From assembly GCA_051294905.1 (NCBI GenBank), contig CM119375.1:19468001-19532000 (forward strand): a stretch of 64,000 bases of DNA, in the 5' to 3' direction. The notes below the pieces were generated by a model, which saw nothing but the letters and a program-made list of their open reading frames with translations, was not told the DNA's origin and searched no databases. Origin of the DNA: Botryllus schlosseri (lineage: Eukaryota). Shown here in pieces: positions 11,845-25,506 of this stretch. A program made the position numbers and the translations under genes. The number at the start of each line of letters is the position of its first letter. Position 1 is the stretch's first letter.

Positions 11845-12540
11845 ACCCACCGTAGGGTAATCGATGCAACTTCTGGGGGCTTACTATATGCATCGTGTTT
11901 CTACATGCATCTGGTTGATCTCTCTATTAGGGCCAAAACCACCGTTTTCGAAGGTTTAAAGCCGGTTAAATTTGATTTACGGAAAGAGAGTTGCGTTATC
12001 AAAAACGCAAACAAACATAGCCGACCGGTCGTAAAAATCGACTACACCTGTCACATTAACACCATCAAATCAAAAGTACTGTTATGCGTTGATTTTGGAA
12101 GAGGCCGTGAGACATTAAAAAATTGCCAAAGGACCGTTTCGTGAATACTTTTGAACTTTGAGAACCGATATTGTACATCGTTAAGTCATGTTCATGTCAA
12201 CAAATAAGACTATTAATTGGCCGAAATTCCGGTCCGCGCCAGCACGTTGCACATCGGGTGGTTGCCTACCTTTTATGGTCGCGACTGATCTATTTCCAAT
12301 TTCGAAATGTTCCGTGGCACCGCTCAAAATTGTATAAACTGATCACTAAAAACGGTCAGCACCTTTACCCAGACTTACCCACGGCCTCTTTTGGAAGCCG
12401 ATTACGTTCAACATCTTCCGATCCCCAGAGTAGAGGCAAACGACCTCCCGCAGGTTTAGAATCTGTTTCCTTGACTAAAGCATCGAAACGGTCGTAACCA
12501 GCTCTGGAAATATGCCGTTATCTCATTATTTCGATAACAA
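11845..12540. repeat. Interspersed repeat, sister copy at about 50590-51150
   Basis: Shared blocks such as GTAGGGTAATCGATGCAACTTCTG..GGCTTACTATATG and TTGTACATCGTTAAGTCATG. Confidence 0.7.
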
Positions 12541-12944
12541 TTGGACTTATTGCAGTAAAGGCTCGTTATTTTTATCTATTTTTGATTGCATTTTTGGGAA
12601 GGGGGTGGACGCCATATTCAATTGAATATATGAGACACTAAATCGCGCGCAGCACGAAGAAAAATTTCAAGTAGCACACAACTGCTTAAAAATAATATTG
12701 TTCGTGTTCATTTACGAAATTTTGCAGCCTATTTCAAGTCTTAAAATTTCGGATATGTATTCAGATTTTAGAATTTACTCCTGGACGCAGTTTGATCAGT
12801 AAAATTCCGGACGTATGGCAATCCTAATCTACGCCCGTACAATGGCCGTATAATTAATTGTGGTAAATCGTGTGTCGGATATTTCCCTTCTATACGCGGT
12901 GTCGTCGCTATGGAATCGAATAGCGGTGTGGCCGAGTGAGCATT

Positions 12945-14164
12945 CTGGGTGTTGTAACCAGTAAGAGTAGAAGTACTTCTTTCACAGGCAACCTAAAACT
13001 ACTTTAAGTAGAAGTAGAATTGACTGACTTTAAATCTATTCAAGTAAGTAAGTAGTTGTGAAAACGATCGTGATTCGTTCGCATGGACTGTCAAAAGCTG
13101 TAAATGGAGCTATATGCGGAAGGTGTGGAGAGCTTGATTCATATTGATGCATCAAAGGAGGTGTCAATATTTGACAGAATAAGCAGTCGTCCATATCATG
13201 ATGTGTAAATGATAGTATCGATATGGAAATGCGATACCAATCTTTTGTTTACTCGAACACCCCGTTTTATAAAATATCATGGCATGGCGCCCTCCCCCAT
13301 ATTATAAGGCCCCTAGTTCAGTCGAAGTGCAATACGGAGAAGTTGTGTCGGATACGGCTTTAACACTTTGCGCGATTGCTGTACGTTAAATAAAAAAATG
13401 GCAGATCGTAAAAATGCCATATAGTGTATAGCTTTATTTTCGGAAAATATCAGGCATTACTAGGCCTACACTTGCTTTTAAACTTCAACATGTATGTACT
13501 CCAGAGAAAAGAACTGAAACTATAATTATAATTCAACGTATAAAACTCGTAATGAAAAGAAAAATACAAATGCTACTTCTGAAAAGCAACAAATATATTC
13601 CCTGTCTTTTGTCCAGAAATTTCAACGGTGGTCTGCTAAAACAGGCTAAATAAAGTCAACGTCCACTTCTCGAGATTAAGACGCGTCATGGGCTGCTAGG
13701 TATAATAGGTAAATGCTAGATTGCGAAACGGTAGTTTCAAACATTATGGGGGCCATATTTCAGTCATGAAATATTTTATCTAGGCGACAATGAACGGAAC
13801 CACGCAACCCGGTATCTAAATTATATTCAGCGATACTTTCGTTGAAACATATCTGTCACTGCATATCTACTGTGCGCGAAGCGCAACGAAAATTCTGGGT
13901 ATTACATGACTTTTATGAAAATAAAATGTTGGTACTACGTGAAAACAGCCCCGAAATTCCTTAGGCTATCTTTCTTATTGGGAAATTGAACTACTTGTAC
14001 TTGACAAACTGAAACTAGCGAAAAGGAAGTAAGTGGTTCACAAACTATTTCGAAGTAGAAGTAGAAGTAGCGAAAAAAGATTTACTTGAATAAGTACCAG
14101 AAGTAGATGTAAACTACTTGAGTACTTCGAAAAAGTAGAAGTTCTTGGTTACTGGTCACCTCTG
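12945..14164. mobile_element. MITE-like element with GTAGAAGTA repeats
   Basis: AAGTAGAAGTA arrays at both ends. The right end GTTACTGGTCACCTCTG is shared with a partial copy at about 46080-46160. TSD not recovered. Confidence 0.55.
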
Positions 14165-14676
14165 ATTATAACTACGTTGGCTGCGATTAAATGCGACGTC
14201 ATAGCAGATAGGCTACATCTAAAACTAATTATATCGCGTTCGAAGCCTCCATTCCTCCTTTCAAATCATTTATTAGAGAACTCTTCAAAGCTCTCCTATA
14301 CTGCAACTTCAAATATGGATATTCTACCTTTACTCATGCAGAAAAAAGTTTTTGAAATGCGCTCGGGCAGCATGGTTACTATACGTTCTCCTTTAGGAGA
14401 ATTTGTCCTCCTTTTTCAGGTTTCTGAAAATGTCCTCCGATGACGCCTTAATGTCCTCCTATTTGGCAATTATTAGCCAACCCACCAAATTTGGCAGAAA
14501 TAGCAAAATAGGTTGATTGCAGTCTTCATCAACTAACTTTTCTGATTTGCTAAATGTGTCCTCCTTTCTCTCTTCCAAAATGGGGTAACCCTAGTGTAGC
14601 ATGAATAAATTACATCCGATGATAACAACGTAACTCAGTGCTAAGCAATGCTTCCTGATGCTTATTTATGTTTCAG

Positions 14677-14696
14677 GCTCAACGATTCTGGAGTGA
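14677..14696 (+). CDS. Gene 1 terminal exon (SSTILE-stop)
   Basis: Acceptor ttatgtttcag|GC in phase 1, TGA at 14694-14696, AATAAA at 14725-14730. The full model is 1089 nt, about 362 aa, with no TM segment. Confidence 0.6.
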
Positions 14697-15053
14697 GGCG
14701 AAAACTTGCTATTCATAATGCTGGAATAAAAAATCCTAATATAACTGAGTGATTATCATAGTATAGTACTGTAATATTTTCAATAAGATTTTTACACGCT
14801 TAATCTCCAAATGTATCGTATGTATTCCGATTTTAATGAAGAATGAAGAGAAAGGGCACGAAGGAAGTACATGCAACGCTTTTGCGAATGGTTGATAATT
14901 AATTGTATCTTGATGAACGACTAGATTTCGAACATTTTCAGTGGAGAATTTTCATATTTAATGTTCTCTAGAATAAAGCGGAAGGAAAGGAAGGAAGGAA
15001 ACGTAACGCACAGGTGAAGCACATAGTGGCGAGATATAGCTTGATAGTTTAAT

Positions 15054-15678
15054 CATAGTGTCCTATATGGTGTCGACACAAGCAAATCTCACGGCTCAGT
15101 GAAATTGTATCACGTCACAATTTCCCTTTGGCTACAGGCAATTTGACGGTCATTTTGACCGGCTTGCCGAGCATTAAATTTGGTAAAACGGGTATCAATC
15201 GAAAGCTGACTCTGCACTGATTACGAAAATATAAATTACGTTCCGCTCGTGACCCTGGAACTCCCACAATCAGTCTCGAATTTTTCATTGTTATGGAGAT
15301 TGGCATTGGGACGCAACAATTCTGTCTGGCGAAACGAGAAAGAAGCTCATGACGCAACAATGCTGTCTGGCGAAACGAGAGTGTAGCTCAAGAGAAAAAG
15401 GTTCAAAAAGCATTGTTGCGTCCCATGCCAACCTCCATAACAATGAAAAATTCGAGGCTGATTGTGGGGGTTCCAGGGCCGCAAGCGGAATAATATTTAT
15501 ATTTTCGTAATCAGTGCAGAGTCAGCTTTCGATTGATACCCGTTTTACCAAATTTAATGCTCGGCAAGCCGGTCAAAAATGACCGTCAAATTGCCTGTAG
15601 CCAAATGGAAATTGTGACGTGATACAATTTCACTGAGCCGTGAGATTTGCTTGTGTCAACACCATATAGGACACTATG
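15054..15678. mobile_element. Foldback MITE, P-element/Galileo-like
   Basis: About 290-bp near-perfect inverted arms, termini CATAG...CTATG, 7-bp TSD GTTTAAT. Inserted in the head of a family-1 SINE. Second copy at 53504-54068. Confidence 0.85.
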
Positions 15679-15981
15679 GTTTAATCGACATCTGCAACCT
15701 GCAGCAACATTGGGTTGCGGGTTCCAGTCCGACCGAGGTCGACTCCAAAATTCCTACCTAAGTGTTGAATATTTATCCATAGGCTTCTCCTCGTTGTCTC
15801 ATCCGCATGATCTAATCGCGTCTTAAAATGTCTTAGAAGTGGGCCGTGCTACAAGTCGGCAGCTCCGTAATCAAAGTAAAGAAATTCAGCTTGGTACATA
15901 AATGACCATTGTAGTCGACAACAAAACAAACAAACAACAGGTGAGGCACAGACGGGCCAAACCTCACCTGTCATATATAGC

Positions 15982-17332
15982 CAGGGTTGCCATACCGTCC
16001 TTATTTCTAAGATTTGTCCTTATTTTGAACGTCCACGTCTTATAAAACTCAACTGTCCTTATTTCTAAGAAATGCCCTTATTTCGACTTGCGTCCTTATT
16101 TTGTCTTATTTTCAACCACTACAGAACTTCGATCGTTTTCCTCTGGTATTTGTGTTGAATAATATTCATAAATTATGCTTTTGTGTCGAGATTTTATGAC
16201 ATCATAAAGGAAAGGAACTCTCGTTAGGTACACACCATAAGATTAGACTTCTAAGTGGTGAGATAGCTCGGGCCGTGAGTGGTTTCGTCTGTACCAAGTT
16301 ACCACGGCGGACGTCATTTTAGCAGTAAACAGCAGTACCAGGTTCCTGCTGTTTGGTCTACAGCAGACTAAGCTAAAGCTGTGGGGAAGGCAGCATTTCT
16401 TGCGTAGTGAAAAAAGGCGCAGTGCAGTCGACACATTGGTTAAAAAGTAGTAAAGCTATTAATTATTGATAAATTTTACACTTGCGCACATAGTTTTAGC
16501 TACTAATAAGGCTAAATCAATCTGATTAGTAAAAATGAGCAGGCGTAAAACGTTTTTCGTGACGATTATGAAGGAGAATTCAAAGGGTGAGTGTTTCGCA
16601 CATAGCAATATCTGCAATTTTGACATCGACCTTGAGGCCATAGGAAAGACCGCTATTTCAACTCCCATTGATACCCAAAAACACAAGAAGTGCGTCATAA
16701 TGATTAATTTGAGCCAGTCGATGAATAATTTTTCCACAAGTCGATCAGCACCAACGACCACAGACGACAAGGCAGCTGCTGCAGCGGGTACCTGGGCTTT
16801 CCATACTGTCAAACTCCAGCAATCATTCCTCACCAACGATTGCACATCGCAATTGCTCAAAACAATATTCCCCGATTCCAACATCGCAAATAAGTTTTAT
16901 TCGGCCAGGCCCAAGACTACAAGCATTGTTACTCGAGTTCTTGCTCCATACGCTCAAAAATGATTTTGTCTAAACATGGTGCAGGCCTACGGCCTTTTTC
17001 CATCTTGGTTGACGCCTCTAATCATAACGAGGCGATGAATTTTGGTTTATCACCCTATGGGGGGGGGGTCAAGACCAATGTTTTTTGTGGGGGGGGTGAT
17101 GAAGTGCTGTTTCGGCCCTGAGTAAAGGTAAACCTAGACCTGAGCTTTCGTGAGCACCATGAAGCACTTTCTAATAACAAACAGTTACTTGAGCAGATTG
17201 TTTCTGGTGAAAAGTATGGAATGTGATATGCCACGGCTCGTATAAATACAAAGTATGTTCAAAAACGTTTTTTCATGCTGATCTAATTTTTCGACTGTCC
17301 TTATTTTTGGGTCCATGTCGCTGGCAATCCTG
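15982..17332 (+). mobile_element. Internally deleted hAT transposon with transposase remnant
   Basis: TIR CAGGGTTGCCA/TGGCAATCCTG, perfect TSD TATATAGC, GTCCTTATTT subterminal repeats. Confidence 0.92.
16535..17030 (+). pseudogene. hAT transposase N-terminal fragment (zinc-finger relic and start of the DDE domain)
   Basis: ...AHSNICNFDIDL...GTWAFHTVK.QQSF..NDCTSQLLKTIFPDSNIA.KF...R.KTTSIV..VLAPY, then a frameshifted PFSILVDASNH (first catalytic Asp). Confidence 0.8.
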
Positions 17333-17966
17333 TATATAGCGCAACTCATTGTAAAGACCTTAGAACATGGTATCAAACATACGGCCCACCAGACGATTTC
17401 ATCAGGCCCGCGAAGCAATTTTGAGTAAATTGAAACATGCTTATATCATCAAGCACACTTGTAGCAAGTGTTGAGATTTTTTGTCGGAAATACTTTCAAT
17501 AGATAATCAATCTAGACAGAAAATGTCGAGCATGTCCAGTCCATTGTCCATAGGTCATATTATTGCCAGCCGACTGCGGGGTTGTGGTTTCACCGTATAT
17601 GCTAGTTACCTTTAGGAACCAGCCCGTGACATTATGACACTCTACTACGAGAGGGCAAACAGTGCAAACAGATTTCAGAGTTTTATGGGAAAATAGACCA
17701 AAACGTAGATATTCACAGAAACGAAAACGACGATGCGGAACCGGTACCTGCGGCGTACTTATAGAATATATTAGGCAAACAAAATACATATAACTCTAAT
17801 ATCTGTTGTCGCACTACGATGTATCTTACGACTCAAAAGGTCCCCGTACTACAGCTAAATCTATTGTCTTGGTCACTCCTCAGTCCTCATACACATGGCT
17901 AACGCCAGATTACGATTAAAGCAAGCGGAGATAAGTGCCAACTTATATCGTCGTTTGCGTTACTGG

Positions 17967-19081
17967 TAGGGATGGTGTGAACCTCTAAAAGGTTCAGGTT
18001 CGTGTGAACGCGAACCTTTTTGAAAGGTTCTGTGTGAACACGAACGTGAACCTCATGACGTCACGGGACGTCATATTGCTAATTCCAACCTATCCTTCAA
18101 TGAAATGATAGCCTATATTAATGTACACGATACCTAGCGACGACTCGGGCAACATTACGTCACAATGCTCAAATACATATTGACGTTTTAAACTTCGCCA
18201 AATGTATCAACTGGAGCATTCAAATGATATAATAATCTCATAAAATCAATATCTTCCGTCGCTTTGCCAACAATTTTGACGAGGACTTACCATGGAAAGA
18301 TGGAATATAAGGGAAGGAAGGGACATAGTTTACTTTTGTCCTTGATGTTCTTGCGGCATATACACCGACTCATGATATACATACACACGATCTGCGTATA
18401 TGCATACCATGAATAGGCTACATGATGTGCATATGCCGTCGGGAAACGAAGATGCAGATTATAGCCTTGTAGCAGTGTTAGGAAGACTGAAGTCAGACTC
18501 GGGTCACCTTTGTCGTATGACAGATCGGAAAATGTATTCGGCGTCTGAGTATTGCTACATTGATATTGAGCAGAGTGTAAAACGGGTTTCTATACTTGCT
18601 ACCGATATTACCCCAATAACAAGTTATACGGTAGTAGCCAACAACTTTGGTTTTAATGATCCAGTAAGCATATGAAGGCAAGATTGACCCCATACGCCTC
18701 CTAGATTGATTAGTTGAATAAGCATCATTCGCTGACTAGGTAGCTTATTTCGATCGTGATGTTTTGTGATTGTGGGTCAAGCTCGCAGCAGAGAGTCAAT
18801 AAATATTTACAAACGGAAAGTTGGGTATTTCGAGCAAACTTTTGCAACAAAGCAAGTAAAACTTTTGAGATTGTCAAGGTACATGCTCGTTTAGTGTTGA
18901 TTTTCTATGCCTATAGTGCCATGCATAGGGTGGCCCGCAGTTGAAAGTCGATAAATTTGAACCAACGATGTTGTAATGAAGTTGCAGAACCTACCAAGGT
19001 TCTGTTGTGAACGCGAACCTCTAAATTTTCGAGGTTCACACACAGAACGCGAACGTGAACCTCACGTTCACACCATCCTTA
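17967..19081. mobile_element. hAT-type non-autonomous element family B (GTTCACGTTCGCGTTCAC repeats)
   Basis: TIR TAGGGATGGTGTGAAC/GTTCACACCATCCTTA, TSD GTTACTGG/TTTACTGG (7/8). Other ends of the family at 23191, 24433, 27618, 36408, 44366 and 52421. Confidence 0.85.
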
Positions 19082-19095
19082 TTTACTGGTTAAAT

Positions 19096-20618
19096 CAGTG
19101 GTTCTTAACCTTGAACCCAGCGCCCCCCAGGGGGCGGAAACGCTCAGGGGGCGATATGAGGAGCGCTGGGCTCAGGAGGGCGGTATGGGGGGCGCTGGAG
19201 AAAAATGGCTTCGCAGTAGATGATGTGGTGATAGGACATATCCTTAATGAGTATTCAGAGCAAATTAACACCGAAAACATCGTTACATATAGCCTTCAAA
19301 ATACATATAGGTTTAATTGTCCATAGGCGCCTAAATGACTGACACCGAATGTTCCTGTCTTGGCAATCTGAACCCCAGAAGACGAATTCCATCTGGCAGG
19401 GCAAAGTTCTATGTCAGTGAAGAAATACCAATCTGAAATCGTGTGCGTCTTTTAGTTTAGTACGATTGGGCGACAGGGATATTCCTGTTGGGCGATATCC
19501 CCGTTGAGCGATTCTATATTTTTTGATATTGCAGACTGGGGGGGTCACGAAATAACATCATGCAACGAAGTCATACCAACGGGTTCGCCCGCCCGAATAT
19601 GTTTAATTATTAGTAACGGGCCCTACAGTTTCCAAGAAACCTCACAATGTTCGTTTTAAGTTTTGATGAGTCTGCGCACACTCAACAACTCACTGCGCTG
19701 AGCCTTGGACAACAGTGCGTAACGACTAAAAAAAAGGTAATAACTCCGGATTTGTTGTGCGCAACGTAGATTTTCTGTGCGCAGAGACCGTGTCAGCACT
19801 GCACATGTGCGCAGCTTAGAGGGAACATTGCACCTCACTCAGCTCTACCGGTAAATGTGTTCACGTGAGCAGAGAGAGGATAAAAATTGATCTCAATTTA
19901 CATGCAATTCCCGATGATATTGACCAATTCAATCATTAATTAGTGAAATTTTTCGCACTTCGCGCGACTAGGCGAGAATAGCTGCCTCAGTAAATGGACA
20001 CCCAATGTAGATACCTAATAGGCTATCAGCAAATAGCGGACAGCCTAATGGGGGTCTGGGAGTGAAGTCGCCCGGAAGTTTGGTTTATCACCCGATGGGG
20101 GCCCAGGACCAACGTTTTTTGTTTGGGGGGGGGCTGACGAAGTGCTGTTACGGCCCTGGTAACGAATAATTGTACCTGCGGGCACACCCAAATATGTATA
20201 ATTATTAATTACTTGCCCTTTATTTTCCTATGCAACAGCTCACTCAGTGCTACTGGTAAATCTGATTACGTGGGCTGAGAGGACAAAAAGTTTATAGCGA
20301 CTTATATATGTAATTACCACGTATTCATTCATGTATTATAGAAAATTTTGGTACCTAGGGCGACCAGGCCACACAAACTTTGCTGACCATCAAAATCACG
20401 ATATGGGGTTCGTGGGGGCGAAGCCCTCAGAAGTTCGTTTTATCACGCTATGGGTGCGCAAGGCAATCGTTTTTAGGGGGGTTGACGAAGTGCTGTTACG
20501 GCCCTCCCTCTAACTCATTGTCTTTATTACATTCCTTACAATATGAAGTTGGGGGGGGCGCTGGAGCGCGATAATTTTTGAAAGGGGGCGCTGGAAGAAA
20601 AAAGATTAAGAACCACTG
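19096..20618. mobile_element. hAT (Charlie/Buster-like ends) composite element
   Basis: TIR CAGTGGTTCTTAA/TTAAGAACCACTG, perfect TSD GGTTAAAT. The interior from about 19280 to 20505 is homologous to 39040-39991. Confidence 0.88.
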
Positions 20619-23600
20619 GGTTAAATGGTTTATATCGGTATTCAACCGGACAATCATTGTATTATTGCCAATTCCATTGTTCGCTAGAATTTATTACTAT
20701 AATAAAGTCCCTGTGATCCGTGATACTGTTTAATATACTGATATCTGTAAACAAAGTGATCATTTTAGAATCACTGGAGTGGCGCCGGACCGCGAGCGGT
20801 TTATAGGTTTGAATACTGCCCGCGACGCAATTTGAGTTTGACCCCACTGGCTTAGTATTTAAAATCAGTGATCTTAATTGAATATAATTCTCGCACTTAT
20901 TCCGAAAATCTAAATATTGATCGACCTCGCAAGTACTCGTCGTGACATACCTATGCCTAGATCAATCAATCATGATATTAGTGATATTAGTCGCCGGCGC
21001 AAAAGCAACTTGAACTTGAGGATTTTGAAAAGGGGGATACGGGTCCCTAACCCTGGATACCCCACTGACTTGACCTCTCAAAGACATGTTTATGCTGCCA
21101 CGAGAATATTCATTATGGTCATAATGAATATTTACTCCCAAAGCTGCTGCAATATTGATAAATAAGGTTTAAAAATTAAATAGGAAATTAAATTAAATTA
21201 CAAATTTGTCAAAGACCCATACCGTATACACAAGAGAACCATATAGGGCTCACGACCCATAGGTTCCCGACCCTTGGCTTATACTGTGTGATACGAATGT
21301 TATTGAGAGTTCAGTATTGGTATTTCATGGTGTTTGTAAATTACGTATTTATTAGATATATCTCTAGTGCAGTGGGTCCCGACCTTTTCATGGTCGCGGT
21401 CAAATTTCCGATTTGAAAATGTTGAATTCAACTGATTTTGCGGGCCAGGTTCAACACTTTAGATCGATCGCGAGCCGCACCAAAATTCCTCAATCCCAAA
21501 ATACTTCAAAATCCATGCTCTTGTTTTTCAGTTAAATACTTCATTAACCAGCTTATTGACACAATATAGTATTACATTATATTTCGGATATAGGTTCTAT
21601 TCTAGCTGCACCTTTATTCGCAAACGGTGGAATTGGTAATATTACGATGATTGGGCGGACGAAAACAGTTATAAACCGATAAAACAGTGGATATTAACAA
21701 TGATTTGGCATATTTCTATGTTTTCTTCGTTTTAGTGATATATTGGCATTAACCCTGCGTATATGCGTTGTGAGAAATGCAAAAATTTAACTGTAAACGC
21801 CGAGTTTACTTCATATTATTATATCACGATTTGGGTTTCACTCAAGGCTGGAGACCTCTAATATATTTTCCATGTAACCTGCATATAAGTGTTTCGTATT
21901 GGCATTTTCGCTTTTGTGAATAACAAGTTTTTGGTCAGTGAAACGAATTCACACTTTCTGACCTTCTCGGAATTGGGTGTCAATGTCAGCAACCTGCTCC
22001 TAATGGTGACTAGAAACCACAACACCGCAGTCGGGTGGCTATATTGTGGCCGTAAAGATACTCGACAAGTGATATCTTGAAGGACTATTTAACGGAAGTA
22101 TTTCTTACTAAAAATCACAACATTTGTTACAAATGTGCTGAAGAAATGAACGCATTCTTTCAATTCACTCAGAATTGCTTCGCGGGCCGGACGAAATCAT
22201 CAGACGGGCCGGATACGGCCCGTGGCCCGTTTGTTTGACCCCCCTGACCTAAATCTTTGACAATGTGTCTACTTAATCACGGTATATCTGTGAATCTGAT
22301 TACACCTTCGCGAAAACGAATGATATATACTAGTGTCACGCAGCCGGGGTGCTCCTCCTCCCCGTCTCCTCCGCATAAGCGTTGTCTCACAAAAAAAGCT
22401 TCCACTTACAAAACATGGCCGTGCCATTAGTCGGCAGTTACGGAATAATAATGAAGAATATTGGTCTGGTTTAAATGACCAAAGTAGTATAGACAAACAC
22501 CATGAATACCTCAGAACAAAACGAAATTCTCAGCTGTGAGATTCACCCGCAATCACACTACATCAAGAGCGAAAAACACCACATGTAAGTAGTCAGCGAA
22601 TGATGCTTATTCAACCAATCAATGAAATTGATATCGCTGTCTGATGAAAAAAAATCTAGCAGGCGTATGGGGTCAATCTTGACTATAGTTGACTTCATAT
22701 GTTTATTGTCTCATAAAAACCAATCCGTGCGATTGTGATGTTGGCTACTATGCTGAATAACTTGTTAATGGGGTGATATCGGTCGTAAGTATAGAAACCC
22801 GTTTACACTTTGCTCAATATCAACGTAGCAATGCTCAGACACCGAACCGCCCTACATTCTCCGGCCTGGCCTAGACCGTTAAGGCGTAAGTTTATATTCT
22901 CTACCAAGTTGTCGTCGAAATTGTTGGCAAAGTAAAGGAAGATATTGATTTCATGGGATTATTATATCATTTGATTTCCCCAGTTGATAAATTTTAAAAC
23001 GTCAATATGTACTTCAGCACTGTGGCATTATGTGGAACGAGTCGTCGCTAGGTATCTTTGTACTATGAACATTAATATAGGCTATCATTTCACTGAAATG
23101 TAGGGTTGGAATTAGCAATATGACGTTACGTGACGTCATAAGGTTCACGTTCACACGAACCTGAACCTTTCAGAGGTTAACAACATCCCTAGTAAAGAGG
23201 GTTGTAGTTGGCATGAAACAACAATTGAAGTGTCACTGTGTGGAAATATATTGTGTTTTTAAGTTGAAGTTAGTCATGTGAAATACATTTTGAAAGCTGC
23301 ATGTCATCTTCTTCGAATAGTCACCGTCTTCGAACTGCAGCTACAAGATTTTCATGAAGATATACACCAATGCATGGCTATCTGTGATATCGAGGTGACG
23401 TGTAATCGCTAATTTTACGTATTTACGAAATTTCTAGCACGCATTCTTTAGTGTTGCAATTTTTAAACGCGGTCAAGGAGGAGAGATGATTTAAAACGTT
23501 GCTAAGCGATATTATCAAGGAAGGGAGGAACTTTGGCTTGGCGGTTTTAGTATAGTAATTATGCGTATAGTGCCTGCACTCAACGGACAACGTAACAACA

Positions 23601-24646
23601 ACTACTGAAAAAAGATTGGTAGCGGTAAATTAGGCGTGTGACAAATGACAATGGTATCGGGATGATACGTACTATATATTATCTGGACGGAGCAAAATAA
23701 GATTAGTTGAGCATTATTGGATATTAACTACGAAAACTATCGTTTCACTATTTCGTCATAGCGTTGACAGCCTTGACACCAAGATGGGTTGAGTTGCAGC
23801 ATCCACTAGGTTACAGTCAATATTTGCACGAGACAGATGACGGTTGCACGATTATTGAGCTAATTTTTGTGAAAATTTGAGGGGTCCGCGGGGGATCACG
23901 GCGGTGCAAAAGGGGTCAGGGAAGACAAAAAGTTGAGAACATATTAACTTTTTTTACGAATTACGGGTTTAAATTTATCACATAACAATTTGAAACACAT
24001 ACCGTATAATGCGTAATGTGACAATGACAACGACGAAGGTTTGAACTAAACTATGTGGAAAAAGTGACTTCTTGTGACTTTAATTGCTATACTCATACTT
24101 TGCACATTGCCTTTATTTTGAACATAGATTACTCATACAGGGTACGTAGGTAGCGTAAACGTGACCTATTCATGAACAGGCTTCAAAGTAAACGAATATC
24201 CTGTTCAGTTGATACAGCCTATAGCTTTAGTCATTCAAAAAGGGGTTTTTATGTTTTGAATTCCAAGCAAACTTTCCAGGCCGCATTTGGCCCAACGGCC
24301 GCACTTTACCCAGGTCTGGTGTAGGTAGATTAATAGGCCTATATATCACTTCACGTTCGCGTTCACACAGAACCTTTCAAAAAGGTTCGCGTTCACATAA
24401 ACCTGAACCTTTCAGAGGTTCACACCATTCCTAATCCCTATGTATCACGCACCTTAGTAAAACTGGTAATGAAGTACACGATTTCACGCAAATGCATTTG
24501 AATTGTGATAAAATTATTCTGCTATAGGTCTAAACACAATACATATTCAACTATTACACACCAACGAACGGTTCTGCATTGAATCGTTGAGTGTAGAGTA
24601 ATATACGTTTTCATCTATCATGTAAACAGCATATATAGCACATTGA

Positions 24647-24847
24647 TTAGATACTCGAAGTATTAATTTCACATAAAACACTGTTATATCCGTACAAAGG
24701 ATCAGTATTCCTCATTCCCTCATCCTTGCTTCCTTTTGAGAATACAACTAGTGTCACCGCTGTCCTATAGACATCATCACTCGGAAAATTGTGCGCCCAT
24801 TTGACAAATGGAGCTGACGAGCCATCAGAGAGATATGTCGTTCCAGA
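24647..24847 (-). CDS. Gene 2 exon 3: C-terminal half of a secreted C-type lectin
   Basis: Acceptor cctactttattcag|TCT (phase 0). Encodes SGTTYLSDGSSAPFVKWAHNFPSDDVYRTAVTLVVFSKGSKDEGMRNTDPLYGYNSVLCEINTSSI-stop. 201 nt. Confidence 0.9.
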   Translation of the reverse strand, partial: SGTTYLSDGSSAPFVKWAHNFPSDDVYRTAVTLVVFSKGSKDEGMRNTDPLYGYNSVLCEINTSSI

Positions 24848-25506
24848 CTGAATAAAGTAGGAAATACAGTATTTGGCAACATCATCAACACAATGCCAAT
24901 ATATGGACGAATTCTATTCCAACAGTTAGAATTCTGCACCATTCATAACATAACCTCCGACGATTGCCGCATGACTAAAAATTACACAGTCGTATATGTG
25001 AACGTTGATGTTGACAAACTTGTTTCCTCCGACTTGATGCGGTGAGAGCCGTCTTATGCAAAATTCACTGCCATTGATGTTTGTTATATATGAGCAGCAC
25101 CTTGGATATGATACCGGTGCCGCAGAATAAAAAAGTCCGCTTTACCCGATGGGTCCCATTTCGAAACATCAATGGAGGGCATTTGAATATCAAAAATGGC
25201 CAACAACCGATACCAACGGTCAAGCATAGTTGGTGAATATACTCAGTACTGGCACAAGATGAAGACAGACTTCAGTTAATAAACGCGGCACACACACATT
25301 TTGTCAATCGGTTTCAGTTCCCACTTCAGTATCGATGAAGTTCGCACATAATCTAATGTTTTCTACCGCCTACCACTACTCGAAGCAAATGAATCGTAAT
25401 CGACATTTTCGAATCAGCCTAATAATCAGAAACGCATAAGCCACGCATGCCGAATGTACCTGACCATTAATGCAAAGTTAAGTTACTTCAAACAAAATTC
25501 ACTTAC

